Below are positions 1 through 13,260 of a stretch of DNA of 64,000 nucleotides, piece by piece. Each line of letters starts with the position of its first letter. The first letter of the stretch is position 1. Source of the DNA: Octopus sinensis (lineage: Eukaryota); contig NC_042998.1 in the NCBI RefSeq assembly GCF_006345805.1, forward strand, positions 27,032,001 to 27,096,000, written 5' to 3'. A model generated the notes under the pieces. That model was not told where the DNA came from and did no database searches. It saw only the letters and a program-made list of their open reading frames with translations. The position numbers were made by a program, and so were the translations under genes.

Positions 1-398
1 CATCCTCACTTCTTTACTTGTTCCTTTTCACATAATCACAAGCATAAACAGGGATTACGACCCACCCACCCCTTACTGCAATTAATACACTTTACACTAA
101 TTTCACTATTTAATGTATTACTTCCCTCCCCCCCACCACCACCGCCTGGGCTTCATCTATAGTTACCTATCTATTTCAAAACCTTTATCTCTCTGCACAG
201 TTACATATCTCCCAGTACTTTTTGTTCACTACAGCCCTATCTCACACATTTTCTCTGCCCTTAACTTATTCCCATTTTATACAATATAAATTAGCTTCAT
301 CTATGTTATTTATTTCGAATAATTCTGATTTCAAAATGCTAAATGTCATTTATAACTATAGAAGCTGAACTACCACACTGAATACTATATTTGTTTAA

Positions 399-620
399 CC
401 CTTTTGATACCAAACCGCCTGAAACCGCCTCTGGTTCTGAGTACAAATGTCTTGTTTTCAAAAGTTCTGAGTTAAAATCTTTCACTAAACCTTAAGTCAC
501 AATTTATGTTCATAACACTAGCTTAATGATAACTAAGTTATTTTACTAAATTCTTTGTTATATTTAAAATCAATTGAAAGAAACACAGAACATCTCAAAA
601 GAAATATGGTAACAAAAGGG
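399..620 (+). mobile_element. piggyBac-type MITE family 1 (~222 bp)
   Basis: TTAA on both sides (395-398, 621-624); TIR CCCTTTTGATACCA / TGGTAACAAAAGGG; near-identical copies at 19695, 27116, 27466. Confidence 0.85.
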
Positions 621-670
621 TTAAAAAGCTTATTTGGTGAGACACAAAGTCATCAATAATAAATATATCT

Positions 671-758
671 AAGGCGTAGGAGTGGCTGTGTGGTAAGTAG
701 CTTGCTTACCAACCACATAGTTCCGAGTTCAATCCCACTGCGTGGTACCTTATGCAAG
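671..758 (+). mobile_element. SINE family A (tRNA head + CORE-like domain), head fragment
   Basis: AGGCGTAGGAGTGGCTGTGTGGTAAG (A box) ... GAGTTCAATCC (B box); same head as 8299 and 63421. Confidence 0.8.
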
Positions 759-1187
759 GTGATGAACTCCTTCCCCAAAGACACATTCGGCTTCCTGCTG
801 AAGTACTCTGACCTAACACCATTGGCGTGCTTCAGTGAGGCATTGAGCCTGGTCAGGTGCCAGCGGGGCAGAAAATAATGAAAAAAGTATGAAAAATGTA
901 AGAGGCTTAGTGCCTCATTTATAAGGACCTTGGGTCCAATTGAATTAAAGTATGAGGTTTATAACCACAATTTGTTAGAAAAGGAAAGAAGAACAATGAT
1001 TTCGGGAAGCAGTGATTGGCGGGCATCGCTTGCCTTCCCTCACCAATTTCATTATTTGCTCTGTCATTTATTCATCTTGCGTTTTGTCCAGCCCATAGGT
1101 GCTTCTATGTAAGGCCTGTATGGCCAATTCAATGAAATAAAGTGGTAGTGGGGGAGGGGAAAAACACACATACACACACAAATATAT

Positions 1188-1320
1188 ACAACTGGCTTCA
1201 TTCAGTTTCCATCTACCAAATCTACTCACAAGGCTTTGGTCAGCCAGAGGCTATAGTAGATGCCATGCAGTGGGACTGAACCCGGAACCATGTGGTTGGG
1301 AAGCAAGGTTGTTACCACAC
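1188..1320 (-). mobile_element. SINE family A, 5' half
   Basis: reverse complement of the head/CORE-like segment (caaggctttggtcagcc...gggactgaacccggaaccatgtggttgg). Confidence 0.8.
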
Positions 1321-1639
1321 ACATATGCTTATACATATATACACAAACATATTTATACATACATACAACATATCCATATATACACCTATATATATGTGTG
1401 TGTGTGTGTATATATATATATCCCTTAGAGTGAAAGACAGATTATATGATGCATGTGTATGAACAGAAATACTACATAGGAGTGGAACATGGGTAGCCAT
1501 GTATCTCCTCTACAACAAGACACTTGTTCTTTTCCCTCTTTCATACATCAGCCTCTCAACACCTGGCCTAGCACAAAGCTATTCCCCTCAATACTGCCCC
1601 TCCAACACACTGTCACGGGGCCATGTCTAAAAAGTAACT

Positions 1640-1830
1640 TAGTGACCTCACTAGTGCAGGTGCCATGAAAATAAAGTATCCAGTGCGCTTTGTAATGTGG
1701 CTGGCATCAGGAAGAGCAGCCAACCATGGCAACATTGTCAAAGAAAGCATTAGATACCAGCACAGCCCTCAGGGTGTCAAACCATTAAATCCATGCCAGC
1801 AAGGAATATGGATGTTAACTGACAATGATA
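1640..1830 (+). mobile_element. RTE-type retroposon 3' end (family B), degenerate
   Basis: tggcatcaggaagagcagcca motif and ccatgccagcaagg..ggatgttaa end matching family B. Confidence 0.6.
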
Positions 1831-1854
1831 AATATATATAAATATATATATATA

Positions 1855-1936
1855 TAATAATTATTTAAGGGAATATAAATCCAAACTTACAGGGGAAAAA
1901 AATTCAATTTAGAAATACTAAATCAAATTTCACACA

Positions 1937-1997
<61 letters not shown>

Positions 1998-2012
1998 AAA
2001 TTAGAAAAAAAC
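1855..2012 (+). repeat. unclassified dispersed AT-rich repeat
   Basis: gggaatat..aacttacagggga..attcaatttagaaat.ctaaatcaaatttcaca recurs in reverse orientation at about 60170-60280. Confidence 0.6.
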
Positions 2013-2814
2013 TCTTTCTTCTTCCTCACCATCATAAGACTGATTCTTCAACCTTAAATTATTTGCAGAAGTTTTTTAACTGATGCAGAACAGCACTAAC
2101 TTCCTTAGATTCAACTATTTTGTGTTTTTAAACTTAAAGGTTTGTTCATCAGAACAAACCACGATTACAGAACTTCATATTATCTGACTGAACTGGTCAT
2201 TGAATGAAAAAGAAACTACTGCTATTATTATTGAGCTTTGCAGATAAAGGAAAGAAGCCTCTCTCTCTTTCTCTCATCATTGATGAATTTCTGTATCATG
2301 AATAAAAAGTATCTTAAGTGAAAATAAATACTGGTATAAACTTATACTTCATCTTGCTTACTTTGGAATTTAATTTCTAATGAATAGCTAATATAATAAA
2401 AGCAGGAATAAATGAATTATGAACAAGACTAAAGCTAAATGTCTAAGTGGTTGACGAGTAATTCTTAATAAGATTATAAGTTTCCAGACTATTCACCTTA
2501 AAACAGGAGGTTAATAGTCAGAAGACTTACAAACCTGAAGCTAATCAACAAAAAGATTATAACAAGACTCAACACAGTTTATTTGATAGGTTGTATTTTC
2601 ATTACTCTTCTCTAATACACTTAATATTTATATGATAGTCAATTTTTAGATGAATTAACCGAGCTTTTTTTCTAAATGGTTCTGCCACAAACCAAAAATG
2701 TGAAAATTGATAAAAAAAAAAAAAGGATAATTTAATAATTAATTTTAAATAATTAATTAATTGATTCCCTTCTTTTCTGTTTAGACTAAAGACAATACTA
2801 AAAGTCAAGAGAAT

Positions 2815-2992
2815 AGTTTTGATCCCTTTTGATTGGAATTTGACACCCACTTTTTTCCATGATCCCTTTTGATCGGAATTGCCCCTCCCCTACCTTTTTT
2901 CTTCTTTTCTTCTTCCCGAAGAGAAAAGCTCTACTTTGTATTTTGTCCCTTCTGTGCTCAGCCCTGCGGGGACAATAAAAAAATGTATTTCT
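2815..2992 (+). mobile_element. 3' end of a non-LTR retroposon (GATCCCTTTTGAT repeats)
   Basis: related copy on the minus strand at about 39340-39505; tail agccctgcggggacaataaa resembles the tail of SINE family C. Confidence 0.55.
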
Positions 2993-3484
2993 TATGGGTA
3001 TATATACTAGTGCTAGATATGAAAATAAAACCATTACAAGATAAGCATACCTTCTTGGTCATACAATAAAACTGCATTTACCCCCAAAAGATGCCAAAGA
3101 AGAGTTAAATGAAGTTAAATGAAAACCAGGAAGAAACTTAACAGATGTTATTGACACAACAGAATCCAAGTATTGAATCTTCAATGACAGCTCAGTATTG
3201 AAAATAAAAGTAAAATAATATGATTTCTAACAAATGATGATGAATTCTATGAATAGTATAATGATTCCTTACAGTGATAAACAGTAATAAGATATTAAAA
3301 TACAAAAACAAAGTAGTTTAATAAATCAAACTGCAAAATTTTACTGGGTTTCATTATAATAAACAAAAACAGAATATCAACAGAAATTATTAAAAATGTA
3401 TGTGTATGATATAAATTATTATTTTTAATATTTTAAAATATGTGTGTGGGTTATATATATATATAATATATATATATATATGTG

Positions 3485-3861
3485 CTGTGGGCACGTAACA
3501 AGCACCATCCGATCGTGGCCGTTTTGCCAGCCTCATCTGGCACCTGTGTCGGTGGCACATAAAAACACCATCCGAGCGTGGCCGTCTGCCAGCCTCGTCT
3601 GGCACCTGTGTCGGTGGCACATAAAAAACACCATCCGAGTGTGGCCGTTTTGCCAGCCTCGTCTGGCACCTGTGTCGGTGGCACATAAAATCACCCACTA
3701 CACTCTCGGAGTGGTTGGCGTTAGGAAGGGCATCCAGCTGTAGAAACACTGCCAGATCTGACTGGACTGGTGCAGCTTTCGGGCTCCCCAGACCCCAGTT
3801 GAACCGTCCAACCCATGCTAGCATGGAAAGCGGACGTTAAATGATGATGATGATGATGATA
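3485..3861 (+). mobile_element. RTE-type retroposon 3' end (family B) with three ~61-bp internal repeats
   Basis: GGTTGGCGTTAGGAAGGGCATCCAGCTGTAGAAA motif, ...GGACGTTAAAT(GAT)n tail, tandem ggtggcacataaaaacaccatccg units. Confidence 0.8.
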
Positions 3862-5282
3862 TATTGAAAACCAGAACAGAAATACATAATTTTATCACCT
3901 TCGTGACAGACTTCGTAATCACAGCTGTATAATAGAGCGAGGGAGGGGAGGGGCAGAAGGTTTGTAGTAAATCATTTCTTTTTACACCAAAAAATACAGC
4001 ATTTGCTATGAAATTTATAATAAGTTCAATCATTGAAATCTATTTAATTATATGTGTTACAAATGCAGCTAGCTACGTTGTATAGATTTATTATACTTGA
4101 TATTTTCCAATGATGACTAAACAAGTCACTGAAATATCTTTATTTCAATCTGTTCCACAACAAACATTTATAAAAAGTAGGAGGCTGCATCACTGGAGAC
4201 AAAAAAGTAGTTTTCTGTTCATACAAATTATTCATGTTGCTACATACAGAAAATAAAGTCTTGTAAATTAATGGACACAGACTCTCCAGATGTTTGCAAT
4301 GAAGCAGCTGCTGGAAAATTGTATTGCACCTATTTTCTATTGGAGACTTTTGCCACATACTGCTATGTTATCACGTTATTTAAAAAAAATTTTAAAAACA
4401 AAAAAAAAACAGGTCCCATGATCTCAGTTATCAAAAGTGTGTCAACTATTTCAAGATTTGTGTGGGTGATTTATGATGAAATGCAAAACAGAAAAAGATA
4501 AAGAAAAATTTCTCTTTCTCTAATCTATCAATCATTTGTATTTATTATACATTTTTAATTGACAGTTAAATAGTAGTAGCTGTAAAGGGCTAGATTAAAT
4601 TTTTTTGCAACATTTAATTCTATGTTCTCAGTTCAAATTCTGCTAGAGTTGAGGTATTTTCACCGATGCAATGTCAAAGAAGTACAAAAATAGCTAGATT
4701 AAATTAACTGCATTCTTTAACGAAAAATATGTGCTCTTGTTCCAGTGTTAGAAATTGCTATCAATGTTTAATTGTAGAAAGATATGAAATCAGATAAAAA
4801 TTCTCAATAAACAGAATGAAAAATCTTGAAGATGAAGGAGAATTAACTATCTGCCATTATTGCACAACAAAGATGAAAGAGCAGATAATTTCAAGACTAT
4901 ATGTAATTTTTATACCTATACAGATGCAGATAATTTTGAACACATTCTTAAATAACACCGATATTCATTTAAAATCATGCAAAAAAATAAATGCAAAATA
5001 AAAATAGCAAATCAAAGCATTAAAATACTTTCAGATATTCAAATTTCATAGCAGCTTTAAAAATATGATTTTAAAGTCTCCTTTCTCAGCAGTACTAGGA
5101 TTTCTTATAGAATATTTTTTAATCCAATTTTTCTAATTAAATTTAAATGATAAAAATATAAAAATTTAGATATTCTGCCAATAGATGGAAACATATTTGA
5201 TGCAAAAACACACAATCGAATCTACATACCTATATACACACACAGATGCATACAAATATATATATATATGTCTGCACATATG

Positions 5283-5443
5283 TAGGTGCAGGGTTGCTCT
5301 GTGATAAGAAGTTTACTTTGCAAAAACATGGTTCTGGGTTCAGTCCCACTGCGTGGCACCTTGGGCAAGTATCTTCTACTGCACCCTCAGGCCAACCAAA
5401 GCCTTGTGAGTGGATTTGATAGGTGGAAAGTGTAAGAAGCCCA

Positions 5444-5482
<39 letters not shown>
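5283..5482 (+). mobile_element. SINE family A 5' half ending in (TG)n
   Basis: head, CORE-like domain and gaagcccatcg, then microsatellite. Confidence 0.8.
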
Positions 5483-5485
<3 letters not shown>

Positions 5486-5735
5486 TTGAAATTTATAGAA
5501 AAACAAAAGAAGACAGGTGTGTGAACAACAAGCAAGTGTATAATAGAAAAGTCTTTTATGTTTTGAGCCTACGCTCTTTAAGAGAAAGGAATGAGAGAAA
5601 ATAAATAGAGAGAATGAGAGAAACTTGTGCATATATATAGTGAGAATTTACAATAAAACAAAAGACGAAGATGGGTGTGTAAACAACAAACAGATGTATT
5701 AGTTTAACACTCAGGAAGTGAGAAAGTCTTTTACA
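5483..5735 (-). mobile_element. Penelope-like terminal fragments (two partial tandem copies) with a decayed hammerhead-like motif
   Basis: homologous to 44467-44650; minus strand CTTT-CTCTTAA-A-GAGC-GTAG-GCTC-AAAA-CAT-A-AAAG. Confidence 0.45.
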
Positions 5736-5739
5736 TAAT

Positions 5740-5944
5740 TTATATGTTTTTATAATATGTATATTCTTTATAAATAGATGTAATATATATATAGATATAA
5801 CATCTATAAAATATATATAGATAGATATACATACATACATACATACACACACACAATATATCTATTATATATATATATATATATATCAGGTGGTGCTATT
5901 AAGTTAGACATGACCCTGGCCAATTTTTGGTCAAAACATATTTA

Positions 5945-5997
<53 letters not shown>

Positions 5998-6120
5998 GAG
6001 AGAGAGAGAGAGGTAGGAGATGCATGTGTTTATAATAAATAAATAAATATATATACATACACACATACATACATTCATATATATATATATGCACATATAT
6101 ATACATACATATACACATAA

Positions 6121-6171
<51 letters not shown>

Positions 6172-6340
6172 TATATAATATATATATATATGCATAATCT
6201 ATATAGTTAATATGTATAGATATATATAATAAATAGTATATATAAGCATGTATATATATATATATATATTAACATATGCATATATATGCAATAGGTGATA
6301 TAATATACACACCCATGTACATGTTTTATGTATATATAAA
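5740..6340. repeat. compound (TA)n/(CA)n/(GA)n microsatellite
   Basis: direct inspection. Confidence 0.9.
5887..5940 (+). mobile_element. CR1-type LINE extreme 3' end inside (TA)n
   Basis: caggtggtgctattaagttagacatg is identical to the 3' UTR of the CR1 fragment at 40678-41374. Confidence 0.75.
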
Positions 6341-8298
6341 ACCAACAAAAAATTATTTACTATGTATAAAAAGAAACAGAATCCTTATCTCTTTACATTG
6401 GAAAGTATTAAACGCTGTAAACTGTTCTATATTTTAGCTTGTTTAAACACTTAATGTCTTTTCATTATCTTTCTTTAAGTAATATGATAGGTATAATATT
6501 GTCGATATTTTGAATATCTCATTTAGGTCAGATCCTAGTGGATATTAAACAAAGAAAAGTGTGTGCTTTTCTCTATTCAAGAATACATTAGAAAATATAC
6601 CAGCTGTTTCAGATTTCTGTTCACATTAATTACCAATATTTTCCTTCTTCCCCAACCCATAGTAAATAAAAGGATAAATTATGTACATGGAAATTATATA
6701 GACATTGTTATATGAAATAACTTTTTGCAGTTAGTCACAAATTTTTTTTTTTTCTTTTAGTAAAAATTAAATCTATATCTGATCATTTTGCTTTAAGATA
6801 ATATCTTTAATCTGCAGTGTGAAAGCTATGTAGAATTAATGAAAATAAATAGTGTTATGGACTTGAAAATGCCTGTACTTATCTCTATGTTGACATCTTT
6901 AGCTATGTGAGCTGCTTATTTGTCATGTAGATGACCTAGATTTCAATTTCTTATGTAAGCTACTCAAAATTAATATCAAATATTCACTTTATCATTTTGG
7001 CAATGCAGATTTCCTTATCGTTTTCAGTTTTAAGTAACCGTTCAGACTATTGAAATAAATGTCTTAGTCACAAAGAGATACCAACTCATTTTAAGCCTGT
7101 TGATACCAAATTGTGGAAAGAGGAGTAACACAACAAATATATGCTTCTCTGTGGGAGCCTGGATTACAAGTGCATGCACACACACACACACGCACACAGT
7201 GTTTTGTTCACCATATGTCATTATATCAATTGTATACATACACATGTAATTTCATTATATAAATTGCATACAAAATGTTATGCTTAATAACTGACTTATT
7301 TATCATATTTATGTTAAATGAGCCTTTTTCTTTTACCTTGTGACATTGTTTCTCAACTGAAATCTTCATTTTCATTCATGCTTTTTTTCTTGTGACTTGA
7401 TTTCCATTCACCTTGATGCCAACCTATCCGAAATTGCCTCTGGTTCTGTTAAACTAAACTACCAATTCTTAAACGTTTGTATTTAAATTAAAAGTTTAAT
7501 CATTTTATTTAAGAACCTAAAGTGAGTTCCAAGCACCAGCTTAATAATCACAAAAAAAAAAAATTCTATTTTTCAAAATCCATCCAAATTCTTGATTATT
7601 TTCAGATATAATTGAAACACACAGACTGTGCGTTTTTATTAGAAATAAAGTCGCTAAAAGACTTTTCTAATCTAATTTTATACAATTTCAGAAACTGTAG
7701 AAATAAAATGTCCAAGTAATTATAGAATACAGAGACTAGTTTACAAATTTTGAACTCAAATCTATTGCAGGAATTTTGTAATTTATTTGAAAAATAAGCT
7801 TAATTCAATTATTAGTCTGTTGGCCAAGCTGTGAGAAATAGGTACCAGCTGATCCTCTAAGACTGCCAATTGCAATAAATTAATATCTTTTCTGAAGAAT
7901 GTCTGTCTTTCATTAGCCTTAAGCCAACAGATTTGAGCTGTCAATTCATAAAAGCTCCCTAAGGCTTGAGAAGCACAAAGATTAATTATGACAGTAGTTT
8001 AGTTATCATCACATTGTAAGAAAAAAAAAAAAAAACCTGTTTAAACTTTGAAAACAAATCTTACATATTAAATAACAATCAGATTTTTAACACATTGGCC
8101 GCCAAAAGACTAACTTGTGTAGATGTAATTTCCAGTCCCCATCAGAAACATTCTCATATTTCTCAATTTCTCTGAAAATGGAAACCAAGACCAAGAAGTC
8201 CTTCTTGTAACAGGAGAAGGAGGGAAAGGGAGAAGGGCTTTGTGAGGTTTTTGTTTCAAATGAAATTTTAGAAAGTATCAACAGAAGTTTGAAGAGAT

Positions 8299-9012
8299 AG
8301 GCGCAGGAGTGGCTGTGGGGTAAGTAGCTTGCTTATCAACCACATGGTTCCGAGGTTCAGTCCCATTGCATGGCACCTTGAGCAAGTGTCTTCTACTATA
8401 GCCTCGGGTTGACCAAAGCCTTGTGAGTGGATTTGGTAGACGGAAACTGAAAGAAGCCCGTCGTATATATATATATATATATAATTGAACCAGCCAGGAT
8501 CCCTGGTCTGGTGGTACGTAAAAAACACTATCCGACTCGTGGCCGATGCCAGCGCCGCCTCCACTGGCTTCCGTGCCGGTGGCACGTAAAATACACCAAT
8601 CTGACCGTACGACAGGCACCCATGCCAACCCCATTGCTTGCGAAGACATGTTGGGGCAAGCGAAATCGAAATCGAATTGAACCAGCCAGGATCCCTGGTC
8701 TGGTGGTACGTAAAAAGCACTATCCGACTCGTGGCCGATGCCAGCACCCCCTCGTTTGGCTTCCGTGCAGGTGGCACATAAAATACACCAATCCGACCGT
8801 GGCCGTTGCCAGCCTCGCCTGGCACCTGTGCAGGTGGCACGTGAAAAGCACCCACTACACTCACGGAGTGGTTGGCGTTAGGGAGGGCATCCAGCTGTAG
8901 AAACACTGCCAGATAAGACTGGAGCCTGGTGCAGCCTTCTGGCTTTCCAGATCCCCGGTCGAACCGTCCAACCCATGCTAGCATGGAGAACGGACGTTAA
9001 ACGATGATGATG

Positions 9013-9050
<38 letters not shown>

Positions 9051-9263
9051 GTATGTATATGTTTGTGTGTCTGCATTTGTCCCCCCAACATCGCTTGACA
9101 ACCGATGCTGGTGTGTTTACATCCCCGTAACTTAGCGGTTCGGCAATACAGAGACTGATAGAATAAGTACTAGGCTTACAAAGAATAAGTCCTGAGGTCG
9201 ATTTACTCGACTAAAGGTGTTGCTCCAGCATGGCCACAGTCACATGACTGAAACAAGTAAAAA
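8299..9263 (+). mobile_element. full-length SINE family A interrupted by a family B insertion
   Basis: tRNA head at 8299, CORE-like tggcaccttgagcaagtgtcttc, central (TA)n, body, tail tgctccagcatggccacagtcacatgactgaaacaagtaaaa. Confidence 0.9.
8482..9013 (+). mobile_element. RTE-type 3' end (family B) nested in the SINE A microsatellite, with an internal ~125-bp duplication
   Basis: aattgaaccagccaggatccctggtctggtggtacg at 8482 and 8675; (GAT)n tail ending near 9013; (TA)n on both sides. Confidence 0.85.
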
Positions 9264-10726
9264 GTTTTTAAAAAAAGTATTTGCAGATATCAGTTTGCCA
9301 TTGAAATGTTGGGGCAACATAACTCTAGTAATGGGTAAGTCAACAAAGTAGATAGTTAAGTTGTGTGAATCTATTTAATTTAGTCAACATCAAAAAGCTA
9401 GTGACTATAGATACTGAGTAGGTTGTGAGAAAGAAGACAAACTAAAACTGTTCCCTTCCATTCTTTTTTTCTCTCTTGTTGTCTGCAGTTTCATCTCTTT
9501 CACTCCTAAATTCATAACACTAGCATTCTACATTCCTTCCTTACTCTAAATAGTCAGGCATCAACCACCAAAGTCACTTTATAGACTTCCACATATTCTC
9601 TAAGTGGGAAAGTTTAAAGTATCTTACAATGAAAATTACAGTTTTTCCTTCAGCAATGTGGAAAGAACAACTCTGATAGAAAAAAATTATGAATTCTATT
9701 TTTGTTTCACTTATGAAAATCAAACAGATTGAATATTTACATTATTTACACAAATTCTTGGCCTAATCATTTGTGCAAGCCATGCACTTTTTTTATCAAA
9801 ACTGTATCTAACACAAAGACTACATTTTATTAACTTCAGAGCAAAAATATGCTTTATCCTCAGAGCAGTAAACCTCTTACTAAACTCAACTATGCACTGT
9901 TTAATGCTCACATATCTGCCACACAATCCCAGTTCACACATAAACATGTGGCACCACATGAGTCAGGCAGAGTAAATTGATAGGGTTAAGATGGATGGTG
10001 CTGACAAGCTTGAATGTAATGTCTTGTCAGGAAGCTTTCAAACCAGTTAAACAATGACAGCGAGAATTACCCACAGGCAGATAATTTTGTCAAGACAATA
10101 CCAGGAAAATCAAAGATCAAAAAAGATTCAGGAAGATCAAGGTCAATAACTGACCTTTTGCTGAAAATAAGTGAAATTACATTCAGGTTTTAAATGCTGA
10201 TACAAGAAACTGAAATGTTTTGTTAGTTTGTCGTAACTGTAGTCCTTTCTAAATATTGAAAAACTGGAAATCTACAATCTAATAAAATTCTTGATCTTAT
10301 GTACAATGGGAGGTATTAGAAATAGGAAATTATTTGGAAGATTTTGTAGTGAAATACTAAAGACAAAAAATTTTTTTAATAGCCACAATTCTGTTTCTTA
10401 TTCAACCACCAAAAAATATTAGAGAATCAGAGACTTTTGATTGATGGTATTAGTTTGTTTTTTTAATTGTTTATTCTCTAATATTCCATAAAGTATTAAA
10501 ACTAGAATGTCCAAATGATTACTAAATAAAAACAAAAAATTGTTTTTTAAAGTAAGTTATTAGAATATTATCTATATGATGATCTACATTCAATAATCTT
10601 AGCAAGCTACAGGTACACCATGTACACTAAAAATTGAAATCATTTACATGAATAAAGTTACAAAAATACTTTTACAATTTTTTCTAATGTATTTTACATT
10701 CAAATATTGAGCATATATATATATAT

Positions 10727-11280
10727 ATATTTGGTATATGGAAACTGAAAGAAGCCTGTCATGTGTGTGAGTATGTGTATGTATGTGGGTGTATGTGTCT
10801 GTGTATGTATGTGTCTCTGTACATTGTGTGTGCATCTGTGTGTGTGTCTGTCTGTATGTGCCTGTGTGTGTGTCTGTCTGTGTGTTGTCTCTGTGTGTGT
10901 GTTGTCTCTGTGTCTGTATCTCTCCTTGTCTGTGTCTCTCCGTGTCTGTCTTCCGTGTCTGTCTTTCCGTGTCTGTCTTTCCGTGTCTGTCTTTCCGTGT
11001 CTGTCTCTCCGTGTCTGTCTCTCCGTGTCTGTCTCTCCGTGTCTGTCTCTCCATGTCTGTCTCTGTGTGTCTGTCTCTGTTTGTCTGTGTGTGTCCCACC
11101 ACCACTTGACAACTGCTGTGGGCATGCTTACATCCCCATAAATCAAGAGAGAGACAGAATAAATACCAGACTTTAAAAAAACAATAAGTAGTGGAGTTGG
11201 TTCATTTTGCTTAAAATACCTTGAGACAGTGCTCCAGCATGGCTGCAGTGTAATGACTTAAACAAGTAAAAGATAAAAGA
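10727..11280 (+). mobile_element. SINE family A (head missing) with expanded central satellite
   Basis: ggaaactgaaagaagcc, then TG-rich and 14-bp (CCGTGTCTGTCTYT)n array, then body and tail gctccagcatggctgcag. Confidence 0.8.
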
Positions 11281-12728
11281 TATATATATTCCTGACAACG
11301 AAAATCCACTCATAAGGCATTAGTCAATTTGAAGCTGCTTCAGTCACAGACATGGCATTGTGGGATCAAACCCAGAACCATGTACCTGCAAAGCGAACTT
11401 CTTAAAGATATGTTCTAAGAAAATATCTACTTTCTTTCTTTAACTTTTTGGCTAATATTGAAACAAATATATTTTCTGACTATGCAAAGGAATGCAAAGA
11501 GATTACACATCAAACATCATGACTATTGTCTTCTTGACTTCCTTTACATCAGGAATATTTTGTTCTTAATAAAATGCAGAAAATAATTGATGCAATATTT
11601 GAAATTATAAATTACTTTGAAATGTAGGATACATATATGATTACTGGAAACCTCTTTTGAGTTAAATGTTCACATCTGCTGCTAATTACTAGAGACTTCA
11701 ATAGCAATTAATAGATTCATTATTTTAATGTTTTTTGTTTTTGTTTTTTTAGAAAGGCTCATTATGCTTTTTTTTCTGTTTTTTTTTTTGTATCTATAAG
11801 AAGAGAAAAACTAATATTTTAACTTATTGAAATACTAGAGAATTTAATTAGGACATTCAACTGTTGAAGATGAAAATCAGAAGATAGAATAAAGTACACA
11901 GCAAAAACTTACAGGTAAACATCATTTTTCACTAAAGTGACATAAATAATTGCAGTAATAAGACAAAGAATATTTTAAGTCACTTATTAACTGATAATAT
12001 ACGACTTGTACACAATGACAACACAATTTATATAATATTACATTAAACAGGTGTAAAAAAAATTGCATTGTATTCAAAAATTGAAATAAATCAATAAACA
12101 AAAACATTAACCAAGTTGAAAGCCGATGACTTTTTAACTATTTTTCCTGGATTCTTAGAGACAATATTACATTCTACTTAAATGGTTATTAATCAAAGTG
12201 AAAATTGAAACAACACGCAGCAATAACTACAAAAGAATGATCAACAACGCTATTTAAAACTTCATTTCTAACTCATTTTAAAATAAACAAGATTCACCAT
12301 TTCACACATCAGTAAGACATATGAAAGAAATTTAGAAATTTATTCTCTTCTTATGCTTCAGATATTTTAAATAAACTACCACCTTTACATACACACAAGA
12401 CTATTTTCAATATGATGAGATATACTTTAAAATCAATACTCTGAAATTTTTAGTTTAATGCTTCTTATGTCCTCTTGACTCGTACTCCATTATTAATTCA
12501 GAATTTCAATAGAATACATGAGTTGAAAGTTAACAATGTAGTGAACAAATTTTGTTCAAATTTAGATGAAATTACACCCAAATGAAGAGTAAAATCATTA
12601 TGGTTAATAGTAATTCTTATCAAGAAAACAAGAGAGGTAATTCTGAAATCCAAACTGATTAAACTTTCAAAGGTGGAGTGCAGTGATGAGTCAATTTAAT
12701 ATTGGTGTTTAGGTAACATATCAGCATC

Positions 12729-12846
12729 GATTTATGCTTGCAGACAAAAGCAAAAGTTTGAAATATATATCTAGTTTAGCAAGTAAACTTCATAAGAAAT
12801 TACAAAGAAATAATGTGAAGTTCTATAATAAAAATTAAGCTTTATC
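12729..12846 (+). repeat. ~118-bp non-TE segment duplicated at 18764-18881
   Basis: ctagtttagcaagtaaacttcataagaaattacaaagaaataatgtgaagtt is identical in both copies. Confidence 0.85.
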
Positions 12847-12904
12847 ATTCAGAACAGAAATAACACTAAGCGTTAAATATCAATAATCACATTCAAATGG
12901 ATAT

Positions 12905-13260
12905 TTATCATCATTATTGTTTTAACATTTACTTTTCTGTGCATGCATAGGCCAAAAGGAACTTCCTAAAATTTCCAATGGCCAGATGCCTTTCCTGTCA
13001 CCAACACTCGTTTCCAAGCAAAGAAATATTTCCCTGCAATCAAACATGTTTTCATGAAAGATTGGAAACAAATGACCCAGCTTGTATGATGGTGACACTC
13101 GTTTACAACTATCACGTGATGTCAAGATGAAGCACAAACACACATATATATACACATACCATGGGTTTCTTTCAGTTTCCATCAGCAACACTTACTCACA
13201 AGGCTTTGATCAGCCTAAGGATATAGTAGACATTTACACAAAGTGCCACACAGTGAAATT
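12905..13260 (-). mobile_element. chimeric SINE: family A head + distinct body + RTE-type tail
   Basis: ggccagatgcctttcctgtcaccaac (RTE-like motif), body gtttacaactatcacgtgatg, then ggtttctttcagtttcc..caaggctttg (family A domain); similar body at 62790-63008. Confidence 0.6.

Noticed and set aside
8268-8984. Recurrent MLAWVGRF... ORFs (also 3390, 20963, 31959, 59863) as a gene family
   Set aside because: Antisense translations of the family B repeat, with frames not conserved beyond the shared sequence.
10644-11176. Six overlapping ORFs
   Set aside because: TG-rich and 14-bp satellite inside a SINE.
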